In this document: piece by piece, positions 26,601 through 41,600 of the stretch
Position numbering within the stretch: the stretch's first letter is position 1
Layout of the letters: the number at the start of each line of letters is the position of its first letter
Assembly: GCF_964355755.1 (NCBI RefSeq)
Contig: NC_092673.1
Coordinates: 19,093,648 to 19,157,647, forward strand
Source: Antedon mediterranea
Lineage: Eukaryota; Animalia; Echinodermata
Reading direction: 5' to 3'
Length of the DNA: 64,000 nucleotides
The notes under the pieces: generated by a model
Databases searched by the model: none
What the model was told of the DNA's origin: nothing
What the model saw: only the letters and a program-made list of their open reading frames with translations
Position numbers and translations under genes: made by a program

Positions 26601-29600
26601 AATTTATTTAAAGTAATATTTAAAAACAGTTACAACTGCAATGTATCTTTGGTTGTGGCTATTTATAATAATATAGAAACAAAAGAAGTATTAACCTCAT
26701 CATTTTGCTGTTTTTCAGTCCAGCCAAGCTTACCCTTGTGTGTACCCACAATAAGGATAGTTGGTTTGTCAACTTCATTTTCCTCATCTTCTTCCACAAT
26801 ACGACTATGAGAATAAACTGACAGGATGTAAGATAATATGAACTGGAGATTGGTCCAATGATGTTGAAATTTCCTCTGAAAAGAATTACAGAACAATTAA
26901 CCACAGTTAAACTTAAAATGCTTAGTTTTTAAAAACCTTATCTGGAAGGTATGAAATATTAAATCTTTTAAAATAGTCAAACTGTTCTTATAAATTAGAA
27001 GACTTGTTCAATCACAATGCCTTACTGCTGCCATGCTCTAGAAATACTTACTCCAGATGAATCAATGAAAGTAGCAAGATCATCCAAGGGTTTACTGAGA
27101 TCAAACACAACAATATATAGTGCTTGAAGTGTCATGAACATCTGCAAAAATATTTAAGTATTGACTGATTAATATTCTTGAAGGCCTTTTGACAACATAT
27201 GAACAAATATTATTTTTAATTGTATGTGGACCTTAAAGATGTATTGTCCCCCAAAAACATGAAAAATGAAGATTAATTAAATCAGAATTTGAATATTTAT
27301 TTTGTAGTTTTAATAAAGTTAATCACTTCCATTGAAAAAAAAAAACGAAAAAAAATAATGTTTTCACTTATAAAATGACAAAATATAAAAATCCATTGGC
27401 TGGTAGCCAATTTGACAATTTTTTGCTTTAAATTACATTTTTTCAGGTTATATAAATTTTTTTTTTCGATCCAATTTGTGGTCAAAGTGGATAACTATTA
27501 TGTTACATTAAAATGGAATATTAAAAAAAAAATTTTTAAGAATTATTTTTTCAGGGGACAATACATATTAATATAATTCAATTCAATTCAATTAAAAAAC
27601 TTTATTATCCCCATGGGGAAACTCTGTTGGCCTTTTCAAAAGGCCAACAGACTTTCATAAAGGTAAAAGGTAAAGGTATTAATAGTTGTCCTCAAGCTTA
27701 ACTGAAAAGTGAGCTTGACCACTGACACTGACCAACGGCAGCCAGCAGTGAAGCGCCTACCAGATCAGCACAACGGGAGACGTCCAACTATACCTTGGCC
27801 ATACAATCATGTTAGTCTGTACAGAAACCTACTTACCCGATGTAGACCATGGTATATTAATTGCCCCCCATGGTCCCAGATGTTGAATGTTTCTTCCAAA
27901 GTCTCCTCCTTATTTTCCTCAACTTTCTTGATTACATCCTTATCTAATTGTTGATCTGTATCAAATGGAACAGCTTGAGTAGCTGTATCAGTACCTGTAG
28001 TGGAAACAAATTTTTTGGTCATTCCACAAACAGCGTAACAAGCATAATTTTATTTCAAACATTTTAATTCATCATATTTAATCAGTCAGTTAAAAAGTTA
28101 CTATGAGTATAGTTGTCTTCATTATCATCATGAGCTTTCGCACCGGGAAGGTAAGCGAAAGGGGATGGTAGATATGAAAGGATACTTTAATATGTACAAA
28201 CTATTAATCTGCACATTTGTATAAGCCCAGTATATATTTATGTATATTATATAGTAGGTGTAAACTGTGAATTCACTTTGATTCTTCTAGATTCATACAA
28301 AAAAATAAGCATCTTTGTCCCTTTTAAGGTTTTAATTAGGTGTTTTAGAAGTTCATCTTTGTTTAACTTTGCTAACTAAGAAACATGCCCATCAAGCCTG
28401 CATGTACAGCGTCTTTGGACTGTCTAGGAGTGGGATGGCCGCTGCCATGTTTTCTCTAAATTACCGTCACCATAATTGTTACACAGATAGGTTGCCTCTA
28501 AGTTATAAATCTGATAACATAATTTTATACTTCTTTAACTCCATTAAATAGGAAAATCTAATTAATAATCTTATTATTTTAAATAACTATGAACTTAAAT
28601 ATGTCCCCTTGAAAAAATAATTCTTACAATTTTTTTTTAAATATGCAATTTTAATGTCACCTAATAGTAGACCAAAAATTGGATTGAAAAAAAATGTATT
28701 TACCTAAAAAACTGTAATTTTAAGCAAAAAATAGTCAAATTGACTGCCAGCCAATGGGTTTTTGCTTGAATTTAACCATTTATTTTTTGTTATTTTATAT
28801 GTGTTTCCTTTTTTTCTACAGAAGTGATTGACTACAAAATAATCTATTCAAAGTCTGATTTTAATAATCTTTATTTTTCATGTTTTTTGGGGACAATAAA
28901 TGTTTAATATGACAGAAATTGTTAAACTTATTTAGTGCTTTTACTACAAAAATGTAAGAATAATTAGAATTTAAGGTCAAGTTACATACCATCATTGTTG
29001 CCATGGTTATTGTAGTCAACAACAATACCATCCTCATCATCATCATCATCTACAGGTGGTTTCATGTCAATCTGACACATAAAACAAAAACAATATATAG
29101 ATAGAAAAAAGAAATAAATGTTTATTCAAGTTAAATACAGTATTGTTTACAATTTAATATAAGAGAAAACTAATATTATTTACTCTCAAACAAAAAACCA
29201 AATACTTTTTAGAGTAAATTTTAAAAGGATTGAAGCAAAAAAAATGAAATAGCTGCTAATAATGCCTCATTGATTCATTTAGAAAGAAAGCCTAAGTGAC
29301 TGGTTTGCAATAGTCCTGTAGGTGCTACTTTATTCATTACACTATTACTGACATACGTTTACATTTTTCTTTTCTCTCAATTTGTCAGTGACCATTTTTG
29401 TATACTGTTTTGAAGGATTACCTGTAGAGAAAGAGAAAGTGTGTACATATTATTTCAGTACATACGTTCATATGTGACTATACTTTGGATATTTTACTAC
29501 TGTCGAAGTAAAATTACAATTACAGTACATCATCATAAAATGTAACATACAGTAACTTGCGCGTTATAAAGGGATCATAGAGTAACAATTGTGAAAATGT

Positions 29601-32600
29601 GACACCATACTACAGTTGTATGCATTGAATTCAATTCTATGTCTCCATTTCATTGTGAACTTGTCTGTGTCTATGATAATAATTATTATTGATAATATTG
29701 TTACATAACGTATGATGGTGGGAAGAGTAATATGCTAAATGTATTCATGTTTACCACTATCAGCTTTAGCCTCTGTCCATGTTGTGCTTGCTGTTCTTAT
29801 CACCGCTATGCCATCTGTAACTACATGCTTTTCCTCAAATCTGGCAAAAATATTTGAAACCAACTATGAACTTCAGTCATTTTAAGTACAGGTACTGTAA
29901 AACATGCACTTTTCTCCTTTTACTTCAAAACCATTTAAATATATTCATTAATTATACATTTAGGAAGTCAAGTTATCCGACCATTCGTATGATCTTTTTT
30001 TTAAATACAAGCCTAAAAGTAAATTCTATAATCAATAGAAAATTTGATGGTGTTATGATTATTGTAGAAACCGATTTATATATTTATAGACGTTTTTATT
30101 CAACTATTGTTATCTATCACTGCAATATTTAAAAAGTGGTAGTTTATCAAAAACAAATCAATAAAAGTTGGCTGGCTTGTAATTCTTAGTTGACTCAAAA
30201 ATATTTTGTAATGTTCATTTCACTGTCCTACTACTACTACTTACTCTTTTCCAAGACAGGCATTGATGAGGCATGTTTTACCCACTCCTTCCTGCCCAAT
30301 TACTTTAAGCATTCCAAGATTGACTGGAACGGATCCATCTTTCAAGGCTTCATTGTATGCTTTCTGAAAATCTAATTCACGTGCAGCAATATCTGAAAAT
30401 TGAATCAAGATTTTAATAGATTTTTTAAACATCTGGAGTAAATAAAGTAAAAAAAAACTAGAATTAGGTTATATGCATTGATTTAAATAAAGATAATTGA
30501 TTTTTAAAAGATATATTGATTGATTGATTTTCTCAGAATCTTTAATTATTTATAATATAGGATCTTGCTAACGCGAATACAATAGCCGGTATCACAATCC
30601 GATCAAAGATCCCTCCGCGTATAATGTCATACAACATTGTTACATAGTAATAAAGACATTACTTACTTTTTATCTAGATTTCATTATAAATTATGTGTAT
30701 AATCTATACACTAACAAATAAAATTGAACAAACAATACGGATAATAAAAAAAAATCTTATTTCCTTTCCCAATGTTAGACTCGATCTCGGTACCTTGAAT
30801 GCCATAGACACGAGCACAGACCACCGAGCCATACACAACTGACTAAAAGTTGTAGAAAGATTCCTCCGTGTATTTACTATGCAGTAACCACTTTGGCGCA
30901 GATAGATTATTACATAACGCATTGAATTATAATTTTTTACTATGATGACATCTTTAAAAATGTTAAAAAACGATGCACTGTCAAACTATATACTTTTAAC
31001 TTTAATATATGAACTTTTATTTTGAAGGAAGAAGTTAAAGTTTGTTATTTTGGCCTTAGAAAATGTCAGAAAATTTTTGATTGTCGAAATAAATTTTTTT
31101 GAATTTAAAATGCAATTAACGATGACTTTATCAACTTTTGTACTCTTAATTTCATAATAAATCATACATATGATACATACACTTCAAGGAAATGAAATAA
31201 AAAATATGTGTTCCCGAGCATTCTTGGAAATGGAAACAATCAACTGTTATTATTTATGATAAATAAAATCTCTCCATTTGTTATTTGTTATCAGTTGGAC
31301 ACTTTTTCGCATTTTTACAGTACCGCTCAGAAATGATTTTTTAAATAACATTAGCGTCTAATTCTCTCTTTACTGAAATCCCATTTTAATCACAATTCTG
31401 TTAAATTATATATAGATACATTCATAAAACATACAGCAGCTCTTATTCTTAAACTTACCACTCTCTGGCTTAAGAAGTTTTGTTTTCTGTTTGTCACTTG
31501 TCTGTTTCTGAAATTGCTCATCAACAGTACTTGGTAAATCTAAAAAAATGCACAAAACCAAAATATTACATATTATATATTTTCATAAAAAACACTATAT
31601 TAAAAGTCATAGCTTTTTTTTTTCAATGGTATAAGGTTATATAAGGCTCTGTGTGATACAAAGCCTTACAAAAACTTGTGGGTGATTGTGTACAAGCAAT
31701 CATTCATTCTGAATAATAATAATAACAATGTATATTTTTAACTACAATGTATACAGTTAACAACTACAGTTATTAATTTAAATTATGTCCTAAAAAAAAT
31801 TGTGGAACTCAAACTCATCCAAACATATAGACGTTTGCAACATTTTTTGACAGCGATCCTGAATCTAAATCGTTGAAATTATAGCAATATACGGTTGATT
31901 AGCATGGTTTCAATGGGTAAAGTGCAAATAAAGTAATCCTGAAATGAATAACTGGTATGATTCAGAATGAGGCAGTAGGAAATGCGATTAAAAACATCTA
32001 TTGTAAGTTTTCAATATGCTTTGAACTTTTTGAATGTTTTTATTTATATTCTGTTTTATGACCAGAAATCAATTTTGTTTTTATACCTGTTTGTCAAAAC
32101 ACAATAAAGATAACTCGAGCCCAACCATGGTTTAGGCTGATGTCAAACAATTTTGTCAATATAGACCTGGAATTGCACCTTTAAAGACTTACAATAAGGG
32201 CGCTTTTCTGGTCCTACTAAAACACGCTCAGAAAACGTGCCCACTGTCCCCAGTTGTTAGTTCCCCATTATGTGTATACGCTACACTTTTGTAAATATTA
32301 ATTGTTAAAAAATTAAAAATTTAAACATCAGCCTAGAATGTACAATGTGTCATACTTGCTTGCTTGCATAATTGATTAAAAACTCTAAATGTTTGTATAA
32401 TATAAATATTTGTAAAACATACACTTTATACACTTGGTAGAGCTTAGTTATACTTTGAAGGGCTTGGTGTTTAGAAGAACACCGCCCCTCCCCCCACCAC
32501 CAATGTAATGAATATACAGTACAATTAGTTATTAGCAGTACAGCCAAGGACTATTTTAGCCTATTGAAGCAACGTTTCAGCTGGCGCTAAATTTGAAAAC

Positions 32601-35600
32601 AAAATAAATATTTGGTAAGCCTAGCCCAGTATATATATATATAGGGGCATGTCTCTAATTCCAATTCTTGGCAAAATATTTTTAAACATCATTAACACTA
32701 GAATAACTAACCACACTGAAAACAATAACATTATTTAACAAGAACAATCGGGTTTTCGCAAGGGATTCCGCACATTAGATAATATTTTCATTCTTAACAG
32801 CATAATTCAAAAATATCTACGTAAAAAAAAAAAAAGGGGTTGAATATTTAGTTGCTTCGTTGATCTAAAACGTATAAATCATAATTTTCTATTATTCAAA
32901 TTAAGAATAGGCGTAAATAATAATATATATGACGTCATATATATTATTATTTAGTTTCCAATTATTAGCGCATGTAAAAATAGGAAACTCATTAACGCTC
33001 CTATTTGAATGTTCAATTGGAATACAACAAGGGTCACCCCTGCCATTATCTCTATTTAATATATTTATGAATTACTAGCTAAATCAAAATAACGAAAAAA
33101 TACCATTCGGGGATTGCTTTATAAACCATCTGCTATATGCTGCTGATTTATTACTATTCGCAGACACAGTAAAGGCTTACAAAATTTAATAATTATATTG
33201 GAAATATTTTGTGACACATGGGGTCTTAGTGTAAATGTAAACAAATAAAAAATAATGGTATTTAAAAAAGGTGAAAAATTAAGAAAATATGAAAAATGGT
33301 ACAGTATTACATAAACATTAAAATGGAAGTTGTTAAATCGTATACTTACTTGGAAGTGGTTTTCAATTCAAATGGTAAGTGGAATAACACAACTGAACAC
33401 AATTGTCAAAAAGCAAATAATGTACGTACTATTTACAATCAATTAATAGCAAAACAAAATACCTACCAGAGAATATATGGAAACACATTTTTGACAAAGT
33501 TTTAACAATTATAATTTACGGGAGTGAGACATGGGGCTTTTCGAATTTATCACCAATTGATCATTTACAGACACGTTTTTCAAGATTTATTTTAGGCATT
33601 GGAAACAGCGCACCCAGCGTGGCTGTCAGATCAGAATTAGGCAGACTATCCTTAAACATTGATTGCTTTATTTCTATTATTCATTATTGATTACAAATCA
33701 TTGAAATGGATAAAAATAGATTTTCTTTTAAATGTTACACGTTTCAACTAAGAAAAACTAATAAAAATGAACATTGTTGGGCTAAACAAGTGAACGATTT
33801 GCTTTGTTCCACTGGCTATGGCTACGTCTGGTACGATCAGAAAGTATCAAATATATAATAAGTTTATTAATGATTTTAATAAACTATATAATAATAAATA
33901 AACTGCGAGCTACTTAGGTAAAGTGCATAATTGTTTCTCTCATTTTATCATAAATTACCATAAAACGTACATCTAAGACAAGGAATAACCTGGTTTAATG
34001 TTTTTAAAGTAATATTGCATTATTTTTACAAAACGTCGAAAATTGTAAGGAATGGGTCTTTGAAATAGATTTTTAACTCTTACTTAATGGTTTAAACTTG
34101 TATGTCAATACTAAGAAAGTTCCTTAGACTATAAAAGTTTGTTCACTTTTGTCATACATTACTATCAGATTTGGTTCTGTATTCTCAACCTTTTTTAGTA
34201 GGCCTACACCAAGCCAAGGATAAATATTTGCAATTAAATTCAATTTGTTTATGCAATATTCTATAGATATTGAATAAATATTCTCCACACACATATTAAA
34301 AATACATAAAATAATAATTATATAAACATGTAAGATAATAATTAATAAAACATAGTATGTGTGGAAGGAAACCTTAAAAGTATAACATTTTAAGCCTAGG
34401 CTCCCAGAAAAAAGTAACAAAAAGTTGGGAAGAAATAGAAACAAAATATGAATGCAATATTCTATTATTCTGTGTGTAAGTACTCTACTGAAAACTCATT
34501 AATTTATAACAACTTTTACAATTATTTAAGCGTTTATGCTCAAATATTACTTATTATTTTGTGCCTATTTGCATGGGAAGTCATAAGATAATACAATTGT
34601 AGGAGCCAAGGTAAAATACATTATGTATGATGCTTAATTTTACATACAGAGAAATAGTATTCTTAAGCTGGCTTAAAAGTATGTGAAGAAAATTCATTCA
34701 TTGTGGAAACAAAAAATGGGATTTAACAAGAGTAGTTAGTCACGTGCAACGCCACTCTACAACTCACTATGTCGGTCGGTTGGTAAACACTAACTTGAGC
34801 AAGCGACTGCAGCCATCGATATGGCCTTGTTAAATTCAATATTTATCTCCTCCTATTGTAAATTGTTTGCCTCGATTGCAAATACATATTTTAAATAATA
34901 CCATTATATATAAAATAGATTACATTTAAAAAAAAAATATTCTACATTTACATTTATATGCAATTAATAAAGATCAAATATTCCTTAACAATGCACATCC
35001 CATGTATTTGTCTATACAGGATTTTTTATTAATTTTATTAATTTATTTTTTGTATGTCTTTTTTGTAACTAGCTTGGGGTTTCTTGGAGGTCTCTTTCAT
35101 CTTCACATCTTTATTTTTTTTATGTGTAATTGTTTTGATGTATTGATGAATAAAGAGATTGATTTGATGTGAAAAATGATGTTCCATAAAAAAAACGTGT
35201 GGCTAAACTTATTCAATATTGTTAATTCAAAGTTTTCATTTTTGTGTATTTTTATTGTAATGGCAAAATAATTTTTCTAATTTATTTGCAATTTTCAAAT
35301 CATAAAAAATAAGGTTTTTACATCTTGCAGTGACATATCACAACTTCCATGTTTACTACAATCCCAGTGGATTATTTAATCTATTGCTACCTGAACATGT
35401 GAATGATATCATAAATGCTAATTTTCTAGTTTTGATTCTTCTTCATTTGGGACAAGAAATCAAATCTTTATCGCTTGTAATGAAAACTAGTTGATTCCAA
35501 AATTTTAATAATTAAAACTTCACTTACTTTTAAAGAAGTTTAAAATTTCAGTTTTTCTCTGGTCCCCTATCCACCTGTTACTTTCTAAAACAGATACAGG

Positions 35601-38600
35601 TGTATTTCCATCCTATTAAAAAAATAGGTTTAGTTACTATTAGTAGTTTTTCAGAAATTATTGATATACAATATAACACACTCTATACTCATCACATACA
35701 TACAGTATTATATCATGTCTCAAACATTTACCATCTAGAGATTGGATGAAAGAGCATCACGTGATAACACGTAGATTTACTATTTTTTAACATTGGTTGT
35801 AAATTAGGACGTGAATAGAAATTACTATTTGCTAATAAATGACATCAACTTGTACAGTGCGCCACCTATAACTCATGTATCCAAACCAAAACTTAAACGC
35901 TGCCGTTTATAGTCTACCGCCTTCAACATTGAAAGATGGGGGAGAGAGAGAGAGATAAATTGAATAAAAGTTTACTTTGGAACAGTAGGTAGATGTGTTA
36001 AAATGTTTGAGCCATAATATAAAACAACAAATAGTTTTACTATAAACTTTCAAAGCAAATAAGATTTGGATACTATCCAGAAACAAATGAAATAGGCCTG
36101 TTAAGTGACAGACCCAATCCTTCAAATTGTGATAACATTCTGAAGAAACTTTGCACAGTTATTCATTAGGGTGTCAAAAATATGAAATGGAAGGGTTGCA
36201 CAAAATTTGGTCAGGGGAAAGCCGCCATTTTGGATTTCAAAATGGCGGACCCAAATTGTTCACTTTTCAGGTATATCTCTGCTAAATAGGCACCTAGAGT
36301 TCTGAATTTAGGTGCAAATTATATGGTAATGGGGTCACCAAAGATATTGGTATAACTAACATTTTAATTGCATGGCGGCCATTTTAGATTTCAAAATGGC
36401 GGACTTAAAATTTTCACTTTTTAGGTATATCTCTGTTAAAGAGGCACCTAGAGTTCTGATTTTAGGTGCAAATTATATGGTAGTGGGGTCACCAAACATA
36501 CTGGTATAACTAACATTTTGATTCCATGGCGGCCATGTTGGATTTCAAAATTTCATTTTTCAGGCATATCTCTGCTAAAAAGGCACCTAGAGTTCTGATT
36601 TTAGGTGCAAATTATATATTAATGGGGTCACCAAACATATTGGTATAACTAACATTTTGATTGCATGGCGGCCATTTTGGATTTCAAAATGGCGGACTTC
36701 AAATTTTCACTTTTCAGGTATCTCTGCTAAAAAGGTACACAGAGTTCTGATTTTAGGTGCCAATTATATGGTAATGGGTAACCAAACATATTGGTATTTA
36801 ACTGACATTTTTATTGCATGGCGGCCATTTTGAATTTCAAAATGGCGAACTAAAAATGTTTCAGTACGGTACCTACAGTTATAATTTTAGGTACAAAGTA
36901 TAATATAGTATTGAGGTCAACAAACATATTGGTATAACGTCTTTGATTGCATGGCGGCCATTTTGAATGTAGCTCAACCCGTACTGGCTTTACACTATTT
37001 GTGTTGTTCATAATTACATGCATTTAACACGGACACTTATTGTAGGTCACATTTTCCCTGGCAACCACACAGCTCTGTGCATCGTAAATCACTCTTTCTG
37101 CATTTACAGCATCCAAGATCACAGTCGGTGTGTCCACAGCGAATTAAAACCTTTGTGACATCTGAAAGTTCCGGCAATGAACTGCAAGCTGGACAAAATT
37201 TGTTGCCGTCCTTCCTCTATCCCCAGTTCGCTGGGTCCTGTTAAACCCAGAATGCATCTAGACAGTCGTACCACTTCCTGGCTTCCGTTTCACATGTTCT
37301 CTTAATGCCGCAGATGTTGGGGGATATTTTCAATAGTCTTTCTCTTGTTGTAAAAAGATATCGTCTTGCATCATTAAATGTTCTGCAGTAGACATAGTTA
37401 CAACAAACTGTTCTAGATAATCTGTGTCTGTTTCACTAACATGCCCTACAGACAATTACATCCTCTCAAAAACTGGAGTCATATATGGCATCTTTTTCAA
37501 AGTCTCGGTAGCCTAAATGTAGCTTTACCTTTTCCTTAAACAGATGAAGTTCTATCACAACCGCTAATGGTATGAAAGAACAAGTAAGCGGCTGATGCTT
37601 GTGATCCAAGAGAAGTAATCTTGTGTATTGAGAAACGGTCTTTTCTACAAGCCAGAAAGTGGTACAACTGTCTAGATGCATTCAGGGTTGAACAGGACCC
37701 AGCAAACTGGGGATGGAGGAAGGACGGCAACAAATTTAGTCCAGTTTGGAGTTCATTGCCGGAACTTTCAGATGTCACAAATCGCTGTGACACACCGACT
37801 GTGATCTTGGACGCTGTAAATGCAGAAAGAGTGATTTATGATGTACAGAGCTGTGTGGTTACCAGGTTTGAGCTACATTCAAAATGGCCGCCATGCAATC
37901 AAAGACGTTATACCAATATGTTTGTTGACCTCAATACCATATTATACTTTGTACCTAAAATTATAACTGTAGGTACCGTACTGAAACATTTTGAGCTTGC
38001 CATTTTGAAATTCAAAATGGCCGCCATGCAATCAAAATGTTAGTTAAATAGCAATATATTTGGTGACCCATTACCATATAATTTGCACCTAAAATCAGAG
38101 CACTGTGTACCTTTTTAGCAGAGATATACCTGAAAAGTTATTGGGGTCCGCCATTTTGAAATCCAACATGCAATCAAAATGTTAGTTATACCAATATGTT
38201 TGGTGACCCCATTACCATAATTATAATTTGCACCTAAAATCAGAATTCTAGGTGCCTTTTTAGCAGAGATATACCTGAAAAGTGAAAATTTGAAGTCCGC
38301 CATTTTTAAATCCAACATGGCCGCCATGCAATCAAATGTTAATTATACCAATATGTTTGGTGACCCCACTACCATATATTTTGCAGGTAAAATCAGAACT
38401 CTAGGTGCCTCTTTAGCAGAGATATACCTGACAAGTGAAAATTTGAGGTCCGCCATTTTGAAATCCAAAATGGCGGCTTTCCCCTGACCAAATTTTGTGC
38501 AACCCTTCCATTTCATATTTTTGACACCCTAATGAATAACTGTGCAAAGTTTCAAAATGTTATCACAATTTGAAGGATTTGCCTAAAATATGCTCCTTAA

Positions 38601-41600
38601 CATGCCTACTATGTATAATCCCTGTACATTACCTTCTTTGCAATGTTGCTGGTGTATAATACTGACAACAAACATTATGTGAAATTGGGTTTTTTTTTGT
38701 CAACCCAAACCATAGCAAAAATTACTGCTAAATAATGTGGTAAATAATCATAAATGTCGACTATTGATAAATGAAAACAAAATATAATATCTTACCATGG
38801 ATCAAATGTAGTATAGTGTCATTAAAATCTACTTACTGTACAATATCAATCACAAAATTTGAACATTAATAATTTAATACATATTTTATAAAATTGTACA
38901 AACAAATGTTTAGATGTTAAACATCATGTATGAGGCCAATATAAGCAGTTAAATGAATTTACATATAAATTTAGGTAATGGGAAATTTCAGTAAATTAAG
39001 TGCAACTTCTAGAATTTTTACTCAATGGTAGAGAAAGTTGGTACATACTTTTGGTACTGATTTTTAACACCCAATGAAGCCATTATCATAATTTAGCTAT
39101 TAAGATATTAGATATTAACGATTAAAACAAATTTAGGTTAAACCATTTTCCTCAATGAAGATCATATCATATCATGAAGCCTGATACCATCCCATCATCA
39201 AATGTACCAAGACAGGAATTTGGTGAACAATACCATGCAATAAACAAAATTAAGCTAATTCTCTGGGTGACAATTATATTTGAATACATAAATTCCATCA
39301 TATCTGTATTCATTTGCTTTGTGTACAGTGCAATTTCAGTTATTTACCAAAATTCATGTATTCGAGAACCATCTGTGGGCACTTACTAGTATATAACATT
39401 TTAACTGGCAACTTTATAGAATCATTTTTTCCAAAAAGTCATAAGATAAGATACGGCACTGTTTGAAAAGAATAATTTCATGTTAAATTTCTTTTTCCAA
39501 TTGCATTGCTCAAACATTTTTAGATTTTGGAAACCACTATGAACTAAACATTATTTACATTTCTCTTCCATTTGTGACAAAATGTTTGCAAAAAAAAAAT
39601 CTGGAAAAGGATCTCTTTAAGGCCATATTCAAACTGTAATTAGCTGGATATACTGACAGAAGTATTTTTTTTTGGAAGGTAAGGGAGGGAGCAGGTTATT
39701 AACAATTACTAATTCTTTTTTATTAAAATCAGATTCTATTAATTTTGTTAACAATAACACAAACATATTTGTTTGCTATTTTATTATTTGTCAACATACT
39801 GTAGTTGTCCAATTTTATTTCATATTTATAATTAATTAGACCATTTTCAATTGTTGTTATCTTTACAGCTACATATGAGCAATATGTATTTATTTTATGG
39901 TAAAAAATATTTAAACAAAATTATACTAATTCACCTGAATATAAAAAATTACAAGTAGATTGTTTTTGTTCATTAAGAAAAAAGATATATGTTATTTGAT
40001 GGATAACTGTATACTTTAAATCAGGAGTGGAACCAGAAATAAACATTATATATAATTGCTCTTTTTGATGACAAATTCAAAATGGAACTGAAATCAGGGT
40101 ACCCAGGAGCGGAACCAGAAATAAACATTATATATAATTGCTCTTTTTGATGACAAATTCAAAATGGAACTGAAATCAGGGTACCCAGGAGTGGAACCAG
40201 AAATAAATCAAAAGCGGGAGCAAAGATTACTTTTGGCTGGGGGTCATTTGCTTTCTGAGCAATTTAGTTTGTTTCAAATGGTTTAAGCACATAACTATAG
40301 TATAGTCAATTTCCAATATACTAATAATCATAATCATGAAGTTTATAAATACTGACAACAGACATTATGTGAAATTGTTTATCTGTAAATAAAAAAAACA
40401 GCAATAATTACAGCTAAATAATGTGGTAAAAATCCTATTTGTTCTTATTGATAAACAAATAGAATGGTTTACTGCAGAGAATGGTAGCCTACTACACTAG
40501 CAAATACCTGTGGATTACCTTATTTTGCAATGTTACTGCAGATCCATTATGCTTTAAGAGACAAGTCACTATATCTAAGGTAGGATTTACTGTACTCAGA
40601 TATTCATGTAATGGAGTGTTCCCATCCTGGAAAGGAATAAAAATAATAAAGTTTATAAATACTGACAACAGACATTATGTGAAATTGGTTTTCTGTCAAT
40701 ATAAACAACAGCAAAAATTACAGCTAAATAATGTAGTAAAAAATCATATTTGTCATTATTGATAAATAGAATGGTTTACTGCAGAGAATGGTAGCCTATT
40801 ACACTAGCAAATCCCTGTGGATTACCTTATTTTGCAATGTTGCTGCAGACGCATTATGATTTAAAAGACAAGTAAGTATATCTAAGGTAGGATTTACTGT
40901 AATCAGATGTACATGTAATGGAGTGTTCCCATCCTGGAAAGGAATAAAAATAATAAAGTTTATAAATACTGACAATAGAAATTATGTGAAATTGGTTTTC
41001 TGTCAATATAAACAGCAGCAAAAATTACAGCTAAATAATGTAGTAAAAAATCATATTTGTCATTATTGATAAATAGAATGGTTTACAGCAGAGAATGGTT
41101 ACCTACTACACTAGCAAATACCTGTGGATTACCTTATTTTGCAATGTTACTGCAGACGCATTATGCTTTAAAAGACAAGTAGGTATATCTAAGGTAGGAT
41201 TTACTTTACTCAGATATACATGTAATGGAGTGTTCCCATCCTGGAAAGGAATAAAAATAATAAAGTTTATAAATACTGACAACAGACATTATGTGAAATT
41301 GGTTTTCTGTCAATATAAACAACAGCAAAAATTACAGCTAAATAATGTAGTAAAAAATCATATTTGTCATTATTGATAAATAGAATGGTTTACAGCAGAG
41401 AATGGTTGCCTATTACACTAGCAAATCCCTGTGGATTACCTTATTTTGCAATGTTGCTGCAGACGCATTATGATTTAAAAGACAAGTAAGTATATCTAAG
41501 GTAGGATTTACTTTAATCAGATGTACATGTAATGGAGTGTTCCCATCTTGGAAAGGAATAAAAATAATAAAGTTTATAAATACTGACAATAGAAATTATG

